DNA from: Takakia lepidozioides
Lineage: Eukaryota > Plantae > Bryophyta
Reading direction: 5' to 3'
Assembly (NCBI GenBank): GCA_030704615.1
Contig: CM060732.1
Coordinates: 22,072,001 to 22,136,000 of the forward strand
DNA length: 64,000 bases
Part shown: piece by piece, positions 11,986-23,861 of the stretch
How positions within the stretch are numbered: the first letter of the stretch is position 1
Layout of the letters: each line of letters opens with the position of its first letter
The notes under the pieces: model-generated
Told to the model about the DNA's origin: nothing
Seen by the model: only the letters and a program-made list of their open reading frames with translations
The model's database searches: none
Position numbers and translations under genes: made by a program

Positions 11986-14900
11986 ATGGATGGTCGAGAC
12001 AAGAAATTTGTCAGGTACTCTTTCCCTGCCATTGCTTCTCTCTCTGTCATTCTGTATCTTTTGTCATTCCTGTTCTGCACTTGGTTGCATCTTCTGCAAA
12101 ATTTGGTCTTTTTGTGGTGGCAAATTGCTCGTGAAAGTGCTGGATCTAAGTATATCAACATCTCAATTACAATGTGCAGAGCAGATCATGTTCTGCAACA
12201 TCTGTTCATTTGGACTGGTGAACCCCTTGAGAGCTATGTTTGTGGCTGCCCATCTCCTCCCCCAACCTCTTGGGCCCTTTTCTTGCTTTGGGCCAAGGAG
12301 AGTAGGGGAAGCAATGATTTAATGCAGGGATAGAAAGCCACAGCAATAGTTCAACAAAATTGGAAGACCACACTGATGGTCAATGTCTTTTTGCCGGTTT
12401 TGACAGGTTCCTGAATGATTTAGACTCAGATAGGAAACATGGATCAGAGGACGAGCCACTTCGCAATCAGCTGAGTTTTGAAACCTCATCATGTGCCGTT
12501 AAGAAGGGGTTGCAGAAAGGCTCACGAGGGTTAAAGAAAGTCGGTCAATCTCTGCGATTTGGTGTCTCGAGGGTGTATTCTGAAGATCTCAATGACCAGT
12601 CCAAGACTAGAATTCTTGACCCCAGGAGCAGATTCTGTCAGCGGTGGAACAAGTTTTTTGTTGTGTCCTGCCTAGTTGCTGTCTTCGTCGATCCCCTCTT
12701 CTTCTACCTACCAGTTGTGGCTGGAGATGGCACATGTGTGCAAATCTCTCGGAAGTTGGCAATATCTGTGACTGTGTTCCGAACCATCACTGACACTCTG
12801 TACATGATTCACATGGGCCTTCAATTCCGGACAGCATTCATTGCCCCTTCATCACGTGTATTTGGGCGGGGTGAGCTTGTCATTGATCCACATGAAATTG
12901 CCATGCGATACTTGAAGAAAGATTTCTGGCTGGACTTCGTCGCTGTCTTACCTCTTCCTCAGGTGCTTTCTATCATCAGTTTCCTGTCTTTGTTTGCATC
13001 TTTGGTGTGTGTTATTTGTTGGAAGTCATGTGCTGTGAGCGCTGAAACTTTGGGTGTTTTATGGTGTCGCTTCCATGACTTCAGATGAACTGCTGTATGA
13101 TGTGTGTCCTGGTGATCTCCAGCATCTTGCTTTTGGAAGCCACCTCAAGCTATGTTGGATTTTGGTCACGCTAGCTTTGCTGTGCTGAAGAACTCAGGGT
13201 CAAGTTGCAGATGTGTGTACCTGCAGTGGCATGATGCACTGGGAGGGTTTTATTGTCTCAGATGACTTGCACCCTATCATGGGATGATTGGGTATTGGGT
13301 CTGGCATTAGGTCATGTAGTTCCTGCAAATCATTGTCATACACCATTGCAAATGCAATGTACAGATTTATGCCTTTGTGTTCCTCGTCTGTAGAGAGTTT
13401 TTAGACTGGGAGCTCTCTGGTGACTTCACAAGCTAGTTTTTGAACTCTGGAGGGTAGGACAGCCATGACTAGCTCCAGGAGGGTTGATATAACCTGGTGC
13501 CATGTCCTCCGCTTTAGGCAATCATCATTTTTTTCTTAGGGTGGCTTGCTCCTCCAGTCGTAACTTGGACATGATACAGTTCCTTTGTTTCTTTCTACAG
13601 AGTTGCTTTACTGACAGCAGATCAACTGATGGGTAATTTCGATCATGTCTTTTGGCCTTAAGTTTACTGATACGTTCTGTTGTGGTCATTATAGGTGGTA
13701 ATATGGCTCATATCACCAAGGATGAAGGGCAACACTGCGGTCAATACCAAGAATGCACTGCGTTTCATTGTGTTCTTCCAGTATCTCCCCCGCTTATTTA
13801 GGATTTTTCCGTTGACATCTGAGATGGTGAGACAGACAGGGGTGCTCCTGGAAACTGCATGGGCAGGTGCTGCCTACAATCTCCTGCTCTATTTACTAGC
13901 CAGCCATGTGAGTCCCGAGTTTGAGTTTTTCACCCCCTGTTCCCCTCCCACTTTGTGCTCTTTTCCTCCTATTACAAGTTTGTCCATGGGCCTAGGCCTC
14001 TGCACTTTATTCGGGGTGTCAGCCCTCATACCTTGCTGCCATGGCTGGACATAGACCCCATCCCTTGCAGGAGTGCGGAGGGGTATTTTGTGGCCTTGGA
14101 CAATTGCTCAATTGTGTCCACCTCATTACTACAGCCAAGTGTGTTTTGACTCAAGTAGTCACCAAGCTTTCATGGATCGGAAGCAAAAAAAGAGTCCGAT
14201 TTGAGGGTGCTTCTTTATGCCCAGATTCCTAACCAAGTAGATGGTTGGTTAGAGTTACTGCCTGAGTGCTGGTTTTGGGCTTTGACAAACCTGCCTGCCC
14301 TCGGGAAAGGTGGGTTTGGGGCCAAGCCATACACATCGAGTCTTTGAGGAAAAAGAGAGGTTAGTCCAGTAGACGGTGTTCCGTCACCATTGAACAGACA
14401 TGTGGCAAATATGCATGCAGGTGGTTGGTGCGTGCTGGTATCTGCTGGCAGTGGAAAGAGAGGACACATGCTGGAGGGATGTATGCCGTACTGAGGCTAG
14501 CTGTCTTACCGGGTATCTTGACTGTGCTACCCTTAATCTCCCTCAGCGAGCAGATTGGGCGAGCGTTTCTAATTTGACTACCCTTTGCAACTCGCAATCG
14601 TTCCAATTTGGTATCTATCAGAATGCAATCACAAACAACATCACAACATCCACCATAAGGTTTCTGGACAAGTACTTCTACTGCTTGTGGTTCGGTTTAC
14701 TTAACTTGAGGTAATTTTTCACACGTGCTTTTGGTTTGAGGGTTCTTTGAAATTCTTTCTGGCCTCCTATCTCAGTCCCCTTGTCATTTGAGGAGATTTA
14801 AGGTTACGTGTATAAGATACACTCAAGCATTGGTTGCAAGGAGGAGCTTATGTGCTTTTTGCAAAGCAGTGATGGAGGTATTTGCATTTGCTTTAATCAC

Positions 14901-17197
14901 CATATATTCATGTGATTCCACATCTTCGATTGTTTTTGTTACCCCAGTGCACTTAGTTCACAACCTAGAGTCTGGTATCACAGGATGAGTAATCACCGAA
15001 GTTGCCATATCAACATGGTGGTACAAAGCAAGTGTGTGTGGTTTGGTGACTGCCCAGGCTAGCTGTCTTGCAGCACATCCAGTGCCAGTTCAGGGGAGGC
15101 AGATGTTTTTTTAAATTTTTAATCTTTTTTGAAGGAAACCTGAGCAATAGCTACAGGCCCTTGAGGGGGAAAAGAACCCCCTTTGTGAGCCACGAGGCAT
15201 ACAGGGGAAAGCGCTCCAGACCAAAGGCAGACAAAACCACAAGGGGATTGGACCCCAGATCTACAGGCCAATGCAAAGGATCTGCAAAGATGCCAAACCG
15301 CTGGGCCACAGCCCTGATGTGCAGATGGTTCCTATTTGGCTTCTGACTGTTTATGACCCTTTGACTTGTTACTCTTTTTTGCAGTTCCCTTGCACAAACC
15401 ATGAGTGTTAGCACCTACGTATGGGAAATTATATTCACGATATGCATTATCATTGCGGGCTTGCTCCTCTTCTCTTTCCTCATAGGAAACATGCAGGTGA
15501 GCCACTCTTTTTCTACAGGGTTTGTTGGTATAGCCATATTGTTTGTGAATGTGCAATCACGTATGATTGATAGACTGTAGGTTGATCAAGTCGGGCCAAG
15601 TTTTATTTTGTATTTGTCTTGGAGGGGTAGAGAAAAAGATGTGTCTATGTCTCTGTGCAAGCGTGATGACAATGGCTGCTGGTGCTGTTGGCTGGGACCA
15701 GACTTATTTGCAATCGCTGACAGTGAGACTAGAAGAGATGAGAGTAAACAGGCGTGACACAGAGCAATGGATGAAGCATCGCCAGCTCCCCCGTGAGTTA
15801 GTTGAGCGGGTCCGCCGCTATGACCAGTATAAGTGGGTAGCTACCCGGGGGGTTGACGAGGAGGTCCTAGTGCAGAGCCTGCCATTGGACCTTCGGCGGG
15901 ATATCAAGCGCCATCTATGTCTGGATCTTGTTCGACGGGTATGACAACCTGCTGCTGTAATTGTGGTTGTTTTTAACTGCGACAAACATGCAGATGTTTG
16001 GATGACAAGATTAGTGTACAACTACAGGGTTTATCACTAAATGATGGTCACAATGAGGGGTAGTGTTTACTGATGAACTGCTTGTCCCAGAACGGTATAC
16101 TTTCAGTAGGATCACAACTAAGACTATCTTTCTGTCCATTAGTCATGGATCAGGTGTTTGAGCATTCTTACGGGCATGACCAGCATTTTTTGTTTTAAGT
16201 TGTTGAATATCAGTGCTTTTGGTCAGTAAGTTTAGTTTATATGACTAAGGTGTCTTTTCCTTGTTCTTGACAAGTGACCCTCGTATTTCTGTTCCTTGTC
16301 CTTTGTCCAGGTCCCATTATTTGACCAAATGGATGATAGCCTGCTGGATGCCATGTGCGAGCGACTGAAACCTGCTCTCAATACAGAGGGCACCTACATA
16401 ATTCGCGAGGGTGATCCAGTGAACGAGATGCTTTTTATTATCCGTGGGCTCCTGGACAGTGTGACAACCAATGGTGGCCGTACAGGCTTTTTTAACATAG
16501 GGGAACTTAGACCTGGAGACTTCTGTGGTGAGGAGCTGCTTACTTGGGCTCTTGACCCCAAACCCAGCCCTAACCTTCCCACCTCTACCCGGACGGTGAA
16601 GGCATTGGTGGAGGTTGAAGCCTTTGCCTTGTCAGCCGAGGATCTCAAGTTTGTAGCCGGCCAGTTCCGGCGCCTGCATAGCAAGCAATTGCAACACACC
16701 TTCAGGTTTTGTTTCTACCTTCTAAGTGTATTGTCGCTTGACGCCAATGGCTAATACAGACTTCGTGGTTCCACATACTGCATAGTGTCACAACTTTCAA
16801 TTTTTCTGTGATCCTTAATGTGTCACCTATCTCAGAAAAGATGGCTTCTGAAGCCTTCATCACAACTGAAAAGCTGCTTTTTGGCATCAGGTACTATTCA
16901 CACCAGTGGCGCACATGGGCAGCAGGCCTCATCCAGGCTGCATGGCGGCGTTATTGTCGGCGAAGGCTGGCAGAGCTGCGGCGCAAAGAAGAAGACTACA
17001 ACTTGCAAGAAGCAATGGCTGGTGCAAATGGGCTGCTTACCAAGCCAAGCCTTGGGGCCACACTCTTGGCCTCTCGGTTTGCCTCAAATGCAATGCGAGG
17101 GGTCCAAAGGCTACGAAGCATGCATGCAGCCGAATTGTCCCGGATATCCAACATTCCAAAGCCCACAGAACCTGACTTTTCTCTTGATAATGATTGA
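11986..17197 (+). CDS. CNGC: Cyclic nucleotide-gated ion channel (plant CNGC), 8 coding exons
   Basis: GT-AG exons 11986-12014, 12407-12962, 13695-13907, 14421-14710, 15385-15496, 15702-15938, 16311-16705 and 16891-17197 splice in frame. They give KFVRF, VFVDPLFFYLP, IAPSSRVFGRGELV, QYLPRL, ETAWAGAAYNL, the pore and LIGNMQTYLQS, C-linker, CNBD (GDFCGEELLTWAL...PTSTRTV) and IQ motif IQAAWRR. The start codon could be 11947. Confidence 0.95.
15106..15320 (-). mobile_element. tRNA-derived SINE in CNGC intron 4 (antisense)
   Basis: Minus strand has A box TGGCCCAGCGG (15298-15308), B-box-like GGTCCAATCCC (15244-15254) and an A-rich tail (T-run from 15106). GCAGATG flanks both sides (15099-15105, 15321-15327). 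Confidence 0.7.
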
Positions 17198-18090
17198 TGG
17201 TGTCCTTGGGGTTTGTATCATAGTCTTGTTGAAAACTTAGCTGAACTAAGTTGCCATGGGTGGCAACTTTCCAAAAAGAGAATCAGGTAGGATTAGGTGT
17301 AGGTAGGGAAAAGCCAATGTACACCCAGTGATTAGAATGTATTTCTGTCTGTATTCCTCTGCACATTGTGAAAACGAGATTACTTCATACGATGTTCTCT
17401 GCCCTAGCTGCCCTTAATAAACAGAGCATGAATACGAGAGAGAAGTACCACCTACCTTCACAGGTGACTTTGACCTGTTGGGGTTCTGCAGTCCATGAGT
17501 AGACACCATGGTTCTCTCTCTACTTGCCTTACATTTTTATATCCAAATCTAGTCTCTTCGCTTTTACCAAGGATCCGATGTGGTTCGTACTCGAGTGAAG
17601 CCGCACTGGGTCTTTGAATCACAGCAAGAATCTGAAGACAAGGTGGCAAGTGCATCTAGCTTCAAACAAGGAGGCCTCTCCAGAGAAGAACTTCGTGGTC
17701 TGATGCTATGCACATACGAGGGTGGTGAAACACATAAACCCTGTAGCTGTGGACTATTCTCCTGAATTACAGTTGAAAGGGCAACGTCTTACTTAACGTT
17801 CTACAACAATGAGTCTTTGTCATATCCCTCAACTCTCTCTACTGCAAACCTTGGAGGCACGGTAACATGAGTGCTAGAGTATCTTCCCAGTTTTGGATTT
17901 GGATCTTACACAATTTGTACTTCGAATATGGCACTCCTCCTGCAAGTTAGCAGTGGCAGAGTGAAACTAGAGAGGTAGATGGATCTAGTTTTGTTGGGTG
18001 ATTGCAGTCATGACAGGAAATATGAACTCCAGCCAACTTCAACCCTAGTGCAGTAATCATCCAGACGCCAGCGCTGTAAAGTTGCCCACT

Positions 18091-20610
18091 TCACATTCTC
18101 TTTCTTAGATTGCGGGCAGCTATAAGTGCACCTAAGGTGCCAACTCCAACAACAATAAGGATGGCTGCAGTTCCCAATCCTGCTTTCCTGGTTCGCAAGC
18201 TCCCAAGCCAGCCCTTCGAAGTACCTCTTTCGATGTGTTTCTTCGTGTTTTGATGGGCGAGAATCTCCATCAAGATGCAGCTCAGGACATCTGGTTGCAT
18301 TTTTATGAGTGTCTGCAACTGCATAATTACAGATGGTAAGAAAGAGGACTACCTTCATCAGACCTTTTGTAATCTCCAATATTCAGAAATAAATGCAGCC
18401 ATTGCGCAATCTGCCATCATACCTTTTCTTAAATAATGTTGTTGATAAAAAAGATGGCCAGTTTCCAGCAACAGTCCTACATCCTCAACCACTCCAAGCC
18501 CAGCATGGATCATACCGGTCCGAAATTAACGCAGAATGCCCACCTGTTGTGGAGCCCTTGGTGCAATCGCAGTGACCAGTAGCCTCGGTGCAGGAGCCTG
18601 TTATTTGATCAGATATCTATAAGGTCAGTAACTTGCCTGGTGACAAACAACATGCTTGCAACAAGTATTAATGATATGAGCATGCTCATGAGCACCGAGT
18701 ACACTACCTTAACATACAATTTATCGATCCAAGATGCAATCTGAGTCCATTTCACAAAGAATGCAGAACGAAAAGTAGTGGAAATTAAACTGGATATGGG
18801 AGACAACACACATGGATATGTTATACATCTAGCTGGTTCATCCAGAGTTCGATTGGAACTGCAGAGAGGAAACTGAAATGAGGAGAAGCTGATGCATAAG
18901 GCTAGTAACTATTCTCAACTGATCTAATGGGTTGTATATAAGTTGCAGAGGAGAGGAGTTCTGTAGGCGAGTTTTTATGAAGGCAGCCTAGAGGGCATGC
19001 CACACGAGAGCCCTCCACGTTGCTCATTTTGCAGGTGCTTAAAATCTTGAAGCAACTGGTTATATGTGCACGAGTTCTATTTGATGTTTGCCTACCATGA
19101 CTATGGTTGCATGGGCAAGTGCTGCAACTGGAATCAAACACAAGTTTACAGTCCTGATACATGGAAGACTAACAAAATGTCAGGACTATCTTAATAATGT
19201 ATACTCGAGTAGGTACTCATACCAATCAGTACTGCTGCAAAGATCCTATCCACCCATTTACATGAGGAAATGAAATGAAATGTACTTTATAACGTCCGCG
19301 GAAAGCTCAAAGAGCTTATGGGAAAGAAAGACTGAAAGAGCCTACCTTCCAGCTCCATCAGAGAGGGTGAACAAACAAGGCCAGTGATGCTCGGGAGAAA
19401 GAGCCTACCTCTTCAACCAGGAAAGCATCCAGTAGAGAGGGCGAAAATGTGTCAGGCGAGACACAGATGGCCGGGAGCGGATCGTCACCCTTTCCAGGAC
19501 TCAAGTTCTCATTTGTGGACAAGTGACTGGCCCCATTGCTGTTAAATACACAAACAGGGATCATTGTAGTTGTGGTGGATTGATGGGTACGCGGGTAAGC
19601 CGAGGGACTGGGCAATTTTCTCTCCAGTTCACCCAGTCGATAGAACAGCTCATCTAACCGTTCATGGAGATCCGCCTGTTGGCCCACAACCTGTTCATAG
19701 CACTGAGACATGCCCATCCAACAGCTTTTAAATATTTTGAAGCAACGATCAGAGGCGGATTTGAAAGTCCTGAGGCAACTGAGTTCACCCAATTGCCCTT
19801 CCAATTGAGCAAAGTCTTCCATCTGATTCCACTTTGTTCAAGGCAAACCTCTTGACGGTTTTGGCGTCAAGATATTGAAACTACACTAGAGCCGCTGAAC
19901 TTCCAGGCCGAGTCGTTTATTGTAGATCTGAAGATCATAGGAAGGATATGACAATACGTTGGTCACCATAGCCTGGCTAAGATCCTGACAGAATAGCTGT
20001 AACAAATACAGAAAGACTCGGCAATCTTGATCCGTAAACATAATGAACGAAGACATTTGGCTCAGGCTCGTCTTGGGAGCGTGCGAACCAAGACGTGCGA
20101 CTGCGGTCATTCTTGTTGTACATGCAATCCCAATATCCTGTCTGGCCAGACGTATCCAGCTAATAACTTCAACACTCCTGCTTTAAGTTCTCTAGAGTTG
20201 GTCTCGTTACAATGCAGTGTGAAGGACTTGGTGGCTCTGAACAGCCTCATGCTTACCCAGATTGGAGAAACAGAACCCATGTGTTCAGTTGAGGAGTATG
20301 AGGCTGAGGAGGTTTGAACAATGCGTAATGTTCTACTAGAGTTCGACTCTTCTTCTTGGTCTCAATCTTGGGGTGATCTATTTGATGTACAACGTGACGC
20401 CCGACCTGAAAATATCCTTCCCCTTCTCCTCTGTACAGTGTATATGCTCTCACTAAAAGCACACGCCCAAGGAGCACATCTCATCTCTTCTTGCTCCACA
20501 TATCTTGCCTCTATTAGACCGCTGTTTGTCGAATCCACAAACTCAAGGAAACGGAACTGCCTCTTGTACTCTGTACTTCCGCTGTTGTGATAATCGCGTC
20601 CTAGTGACAT
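18091..20610 (-). other. Possible uncharacterised or decayed spliced gene ending in a C-terminal transmembrane helix
   Basis: ORF 19358-19822 has coiled-coil character (QQADLHERLDELFYRLGELERK). ORF 18091-18324 ends in a hydrophobic helix plus basic tail (AAILIVVGVGTLGALIAARNLRKRM). No family was recognised and the exon structure is unresolved. Confidence 0.25.
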
Positions 20611-21101
20611 CTGTTTGACTGCTGGGTGATGCTTGCAAAGACAGAAAACTGGCCTCTCTCATCCCAACGGTTTAATTGTTCCAGAGATGGCCACAACCGA
20701 GTTTACCCAACTTCAAATATACTACTGGTTTCCTTCTATCTGTGTAAAGATCCTGACAGCGACAGCTCACAAATCAGGGAAGGTCTCTTACCCGCTGTTT
20801 TTATCATACTAAGTTCTTAGCTTTGATGCCATTTCGGGCAGAGGAACTCAAACCTCATTCCGTCATTCATTCGACAACAAATCAAACTTCCTACTTGACA
20901 TTTCCCTCAGATGCCAAGAATACTTTTGGATTGCAAATGGCCCGGATAAAAATAGTGGCCGACAGAAGAAACTTGGAAAGGAAATTCAACATCAAACGAT
21001 CTGCAGCGCAGCCAATGAAAGAACGTAAATCCCTCAATAGCAATTGTTGGAAAGTAATAAGTAGAATTTTCCGGTAGTCTGGGCCTAGGGTTTTGAGGAG
21101 A

Positions 21102-21252
21102 TGATTTGTGTTGAAACGAAGAGGAAGGAAGAGAAGGAAACTGTGGGTCGGGGAGTTTTGAGGAGAAGACAGTGAAAATCACTTGAACTCTCCAGTTTGA
21201 TTTGTGTTGAAACGAAGAGGAAGGAAGAGAAAGGAAATTGTGGGTCGGGGAG
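21102..21252. repeat. ~53-bp purine-rich direct repeat, 2 copies
   Basis: TGATTTGTGTTGAAACGAAGAGGAAGGAAGAGAAGGAAA(C/T)TGTGGGTCGGGGAG at 21102 and 21198. Confidence 0.85.
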
Positions 21253-22194
21253 AAGAAGATCACACATGGAATAATGATACGCGCATTGAGGGAGACTCTT
21301 AGTGTGGACGAAGGTCACACCGATATTTGGAGTGGACCAACATAGAGACAGAGCTTTGTGGGGCGTGGGTTTGGAAGGGAAGAGACACAATTAGTAGGAT
21401 TGTACAACCTCAGAGACAGACGAAGAGGTTTGTGGCTGTTTTGGGGGATGAGTGTGGAGAGAGAGTGTGGGCGAGTTGAGCTCGGATGGGGGAGGGATAG
21501 TCGCACGGAGCCACCAGGCTGCTGATGTATCTCCCTGGAATTGGCGGGGACGGTCTTCGCAGTTTGTCTTACGACAGAGGAAGAGAGGTTGGATTCTCAA
21601 CTTGATTGTCATAGCAAGCAAGTACATTTTGGAAGCAATCCCATGGTTTTGCAAGGCGTTGCCCCTCCTGCTTTTTGCAGCACTGCTGCCAATTCAAGCT
21701 CGCATTTCATTAAGTTTGGATAAAAATACGTTGTGTTACCGAGGTGGAAGTCTTCGGGACAATGCCAGCTCGGCAGATGGCTCGTGCTTCTTCGGAAGGG
21801 GCACTTCTTGCCTTCACCTAAGCTGCGTAAGAAGAACCCAAATCCCAGCAAACTATAAAGCTTCAACTGTCCCGGTACTATGTTTCCGGATGCTCCCAAG
21901 GAGATTTTCAAAACCTACACCCCCAACCAAAGGTAAATCTGTGTCTGCCAGATAATTCGTCTAGAGGGAATTCCTTATGGAGCCCAGCACGTCTGGCGCT
22001 CATCCTGAAGGTTGGGCAGTCTCTGGAGGAGCGAATGATAGAAACACATAGAGAGAGAGAGGTCTTTATGCTGGTGAGGAAATCTTACTCTTGAATATAT
22101 AATATGTGCATGCAAACTCCCTTGAGCAAATCCACTGCCTAGCCCTTTCCCTCTCTCCTCTTTTCTCTCTGTCTCCACCCAAATTGTGCTGCTC

Positions 22195-23526
22195 ACACAC
22201 AGCAGGTTGATGCCTGTGTGAAGGGCTTTCTGGAAAGCCCGAACTAATTATTTACATCAAGGTAAGTCCCACTACTGGAGTGAGCCCCTCACAAAGGTAG
22301 TGTCTATTCCCTCTGTTTCCATCCAAACTGGGCGCAGGGTCTATGGCCAGAAGGCTACGGCAAACAGAGTCTTATGAGTACATTCTCTCTCTCCGCCCAA
22401 ACTGGGCGTGGGGTCTACGGCAAACAATGTCTTAGAGCAAATCTCTCTCTCTCATTGTGTCCAGGATGGTCTTCTAGGGTCAGGGGAAAGATGTGGAGGA
22501 TGGTTCACAACCTTAATGTTATGGTTAATCGCCAGAAGTCTTAACTTGTTCAACATGGACCAATGTTGTAGCTCAAGGTTCGACCCTCTCCCCACTGCTC
22601 TTCAAACAGCTAAACGCAAAGCTTTGGGTCTCACTCAATTCCACTGCAGAGGGATTAGCACTGAAGTTAAAAGGATAATGCTTTGCAATGTTATTAGGCT
22701 TACCTTGAGTATGCGTCTGCCATGTGGGATGGCAACTCTAACCATGCTAAAACTTTCGACTCATTCAGCTTTCAGTGCTCAAAGAGAGATGTCAGTATAC
22801 TCTAGAACAACCAATGTGGCTGTTTAGGGAAAGTTTGGCATGCCACCCTAAGCTCTCGATGTGCTGAGTTTAAGGTCAGATGGGGGGTCAGTTGGATCTC
22901 ATGCCTAGTACGAGATACCGTAAGATGATTGACTCTATTTCTTGGAGGCAAGACGGTCCTATTAAACAGGCTAAGTCGAAAAAGGTGGAGGAGAGTTTTA
23001 AGCTCCTGAATGATAAGCAGAAAGAGCTGAAAGTTAAACTCAGGGCGGGGAGTCTACCTTTGAGCAATAAACAGATGACGAGAGGAAGGGAGATAGTCAA
23101 TGGCCAGTGTGTGTGCAGCCAGAAGACAATATCCATTTTCTGATACAATGTCTGGGGTACTCTCATCAGAGAGAGACCCTCAAGAGCGCTTGCCCTTTTG
23201 GGGTCTTATTGCTAGGAAGCTCACACACAGCAGATTGATGCGTGTGTGAAAGGCTTTCTAGAGGAATCTGGAAAGTCCGAAGTAATTGTCTATATCAAGG
23301 TACCACTACACCACTCCCTCTTATTCCACCCAAACTGGGTTTAGGGTCTATGCCAGAAGGCATACGATGTCTTACGAGTACATCCTGTTTGTGTCTGGAG
23401 CGCTCTGCTCACACAGATAGAATCTGCTCCCTTTTGTTCCGCTCAAACTGGGCACGGGTTCTATGGCCACAAGTTTACGGCAAACAAGGTCTTATGAGTA
23501 AATATCTGTTTGTCTTCTAGTCTCTC
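22195..23526 (+). mobile_element. Cluster of decayed 3' fragments of the (TC)n-tailed LINE family seen at 30247-34800
   Basis: The 3' terminus ...GGCAAACAA.GTCTTATGAGTA..TCTCTCTC is repeated. Peptides KALGLT.FHCRG, IDSISW.QD.P.KQAKS and KLRAGSLPL match the intronic LINE ORF2. Confidence 0.85.
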
Positions 23527-23861
23527 GTGTGTATTCGATGCTTTGAATTCTTCGGGTACGGAGCAGAAACTCAGTACGTCTGCACCCTCTGTCAGAAACT
23601 GATGAAGTCAATTTTACACCACCTCCCCGAACCACAAATTCTTAGGTTGATCCTCAAGTGATGAGACAACAGACTTTATATTGGCTCTTCTGCCAAGTGG
23701 CTTTACTTGATGTTTTGTCCTGATGTCTTTGCTTAATTTTTGTAAGCTCCTCTCTATCTCATTGTTCCGTATGAGCATTGTTACTATAGTGTGTTGCCCA
23801 TGATTTACAGCTATATATGCAACTTTCAACCAACTTCGTGGTGTTGTTTAGTGTCTGATTA

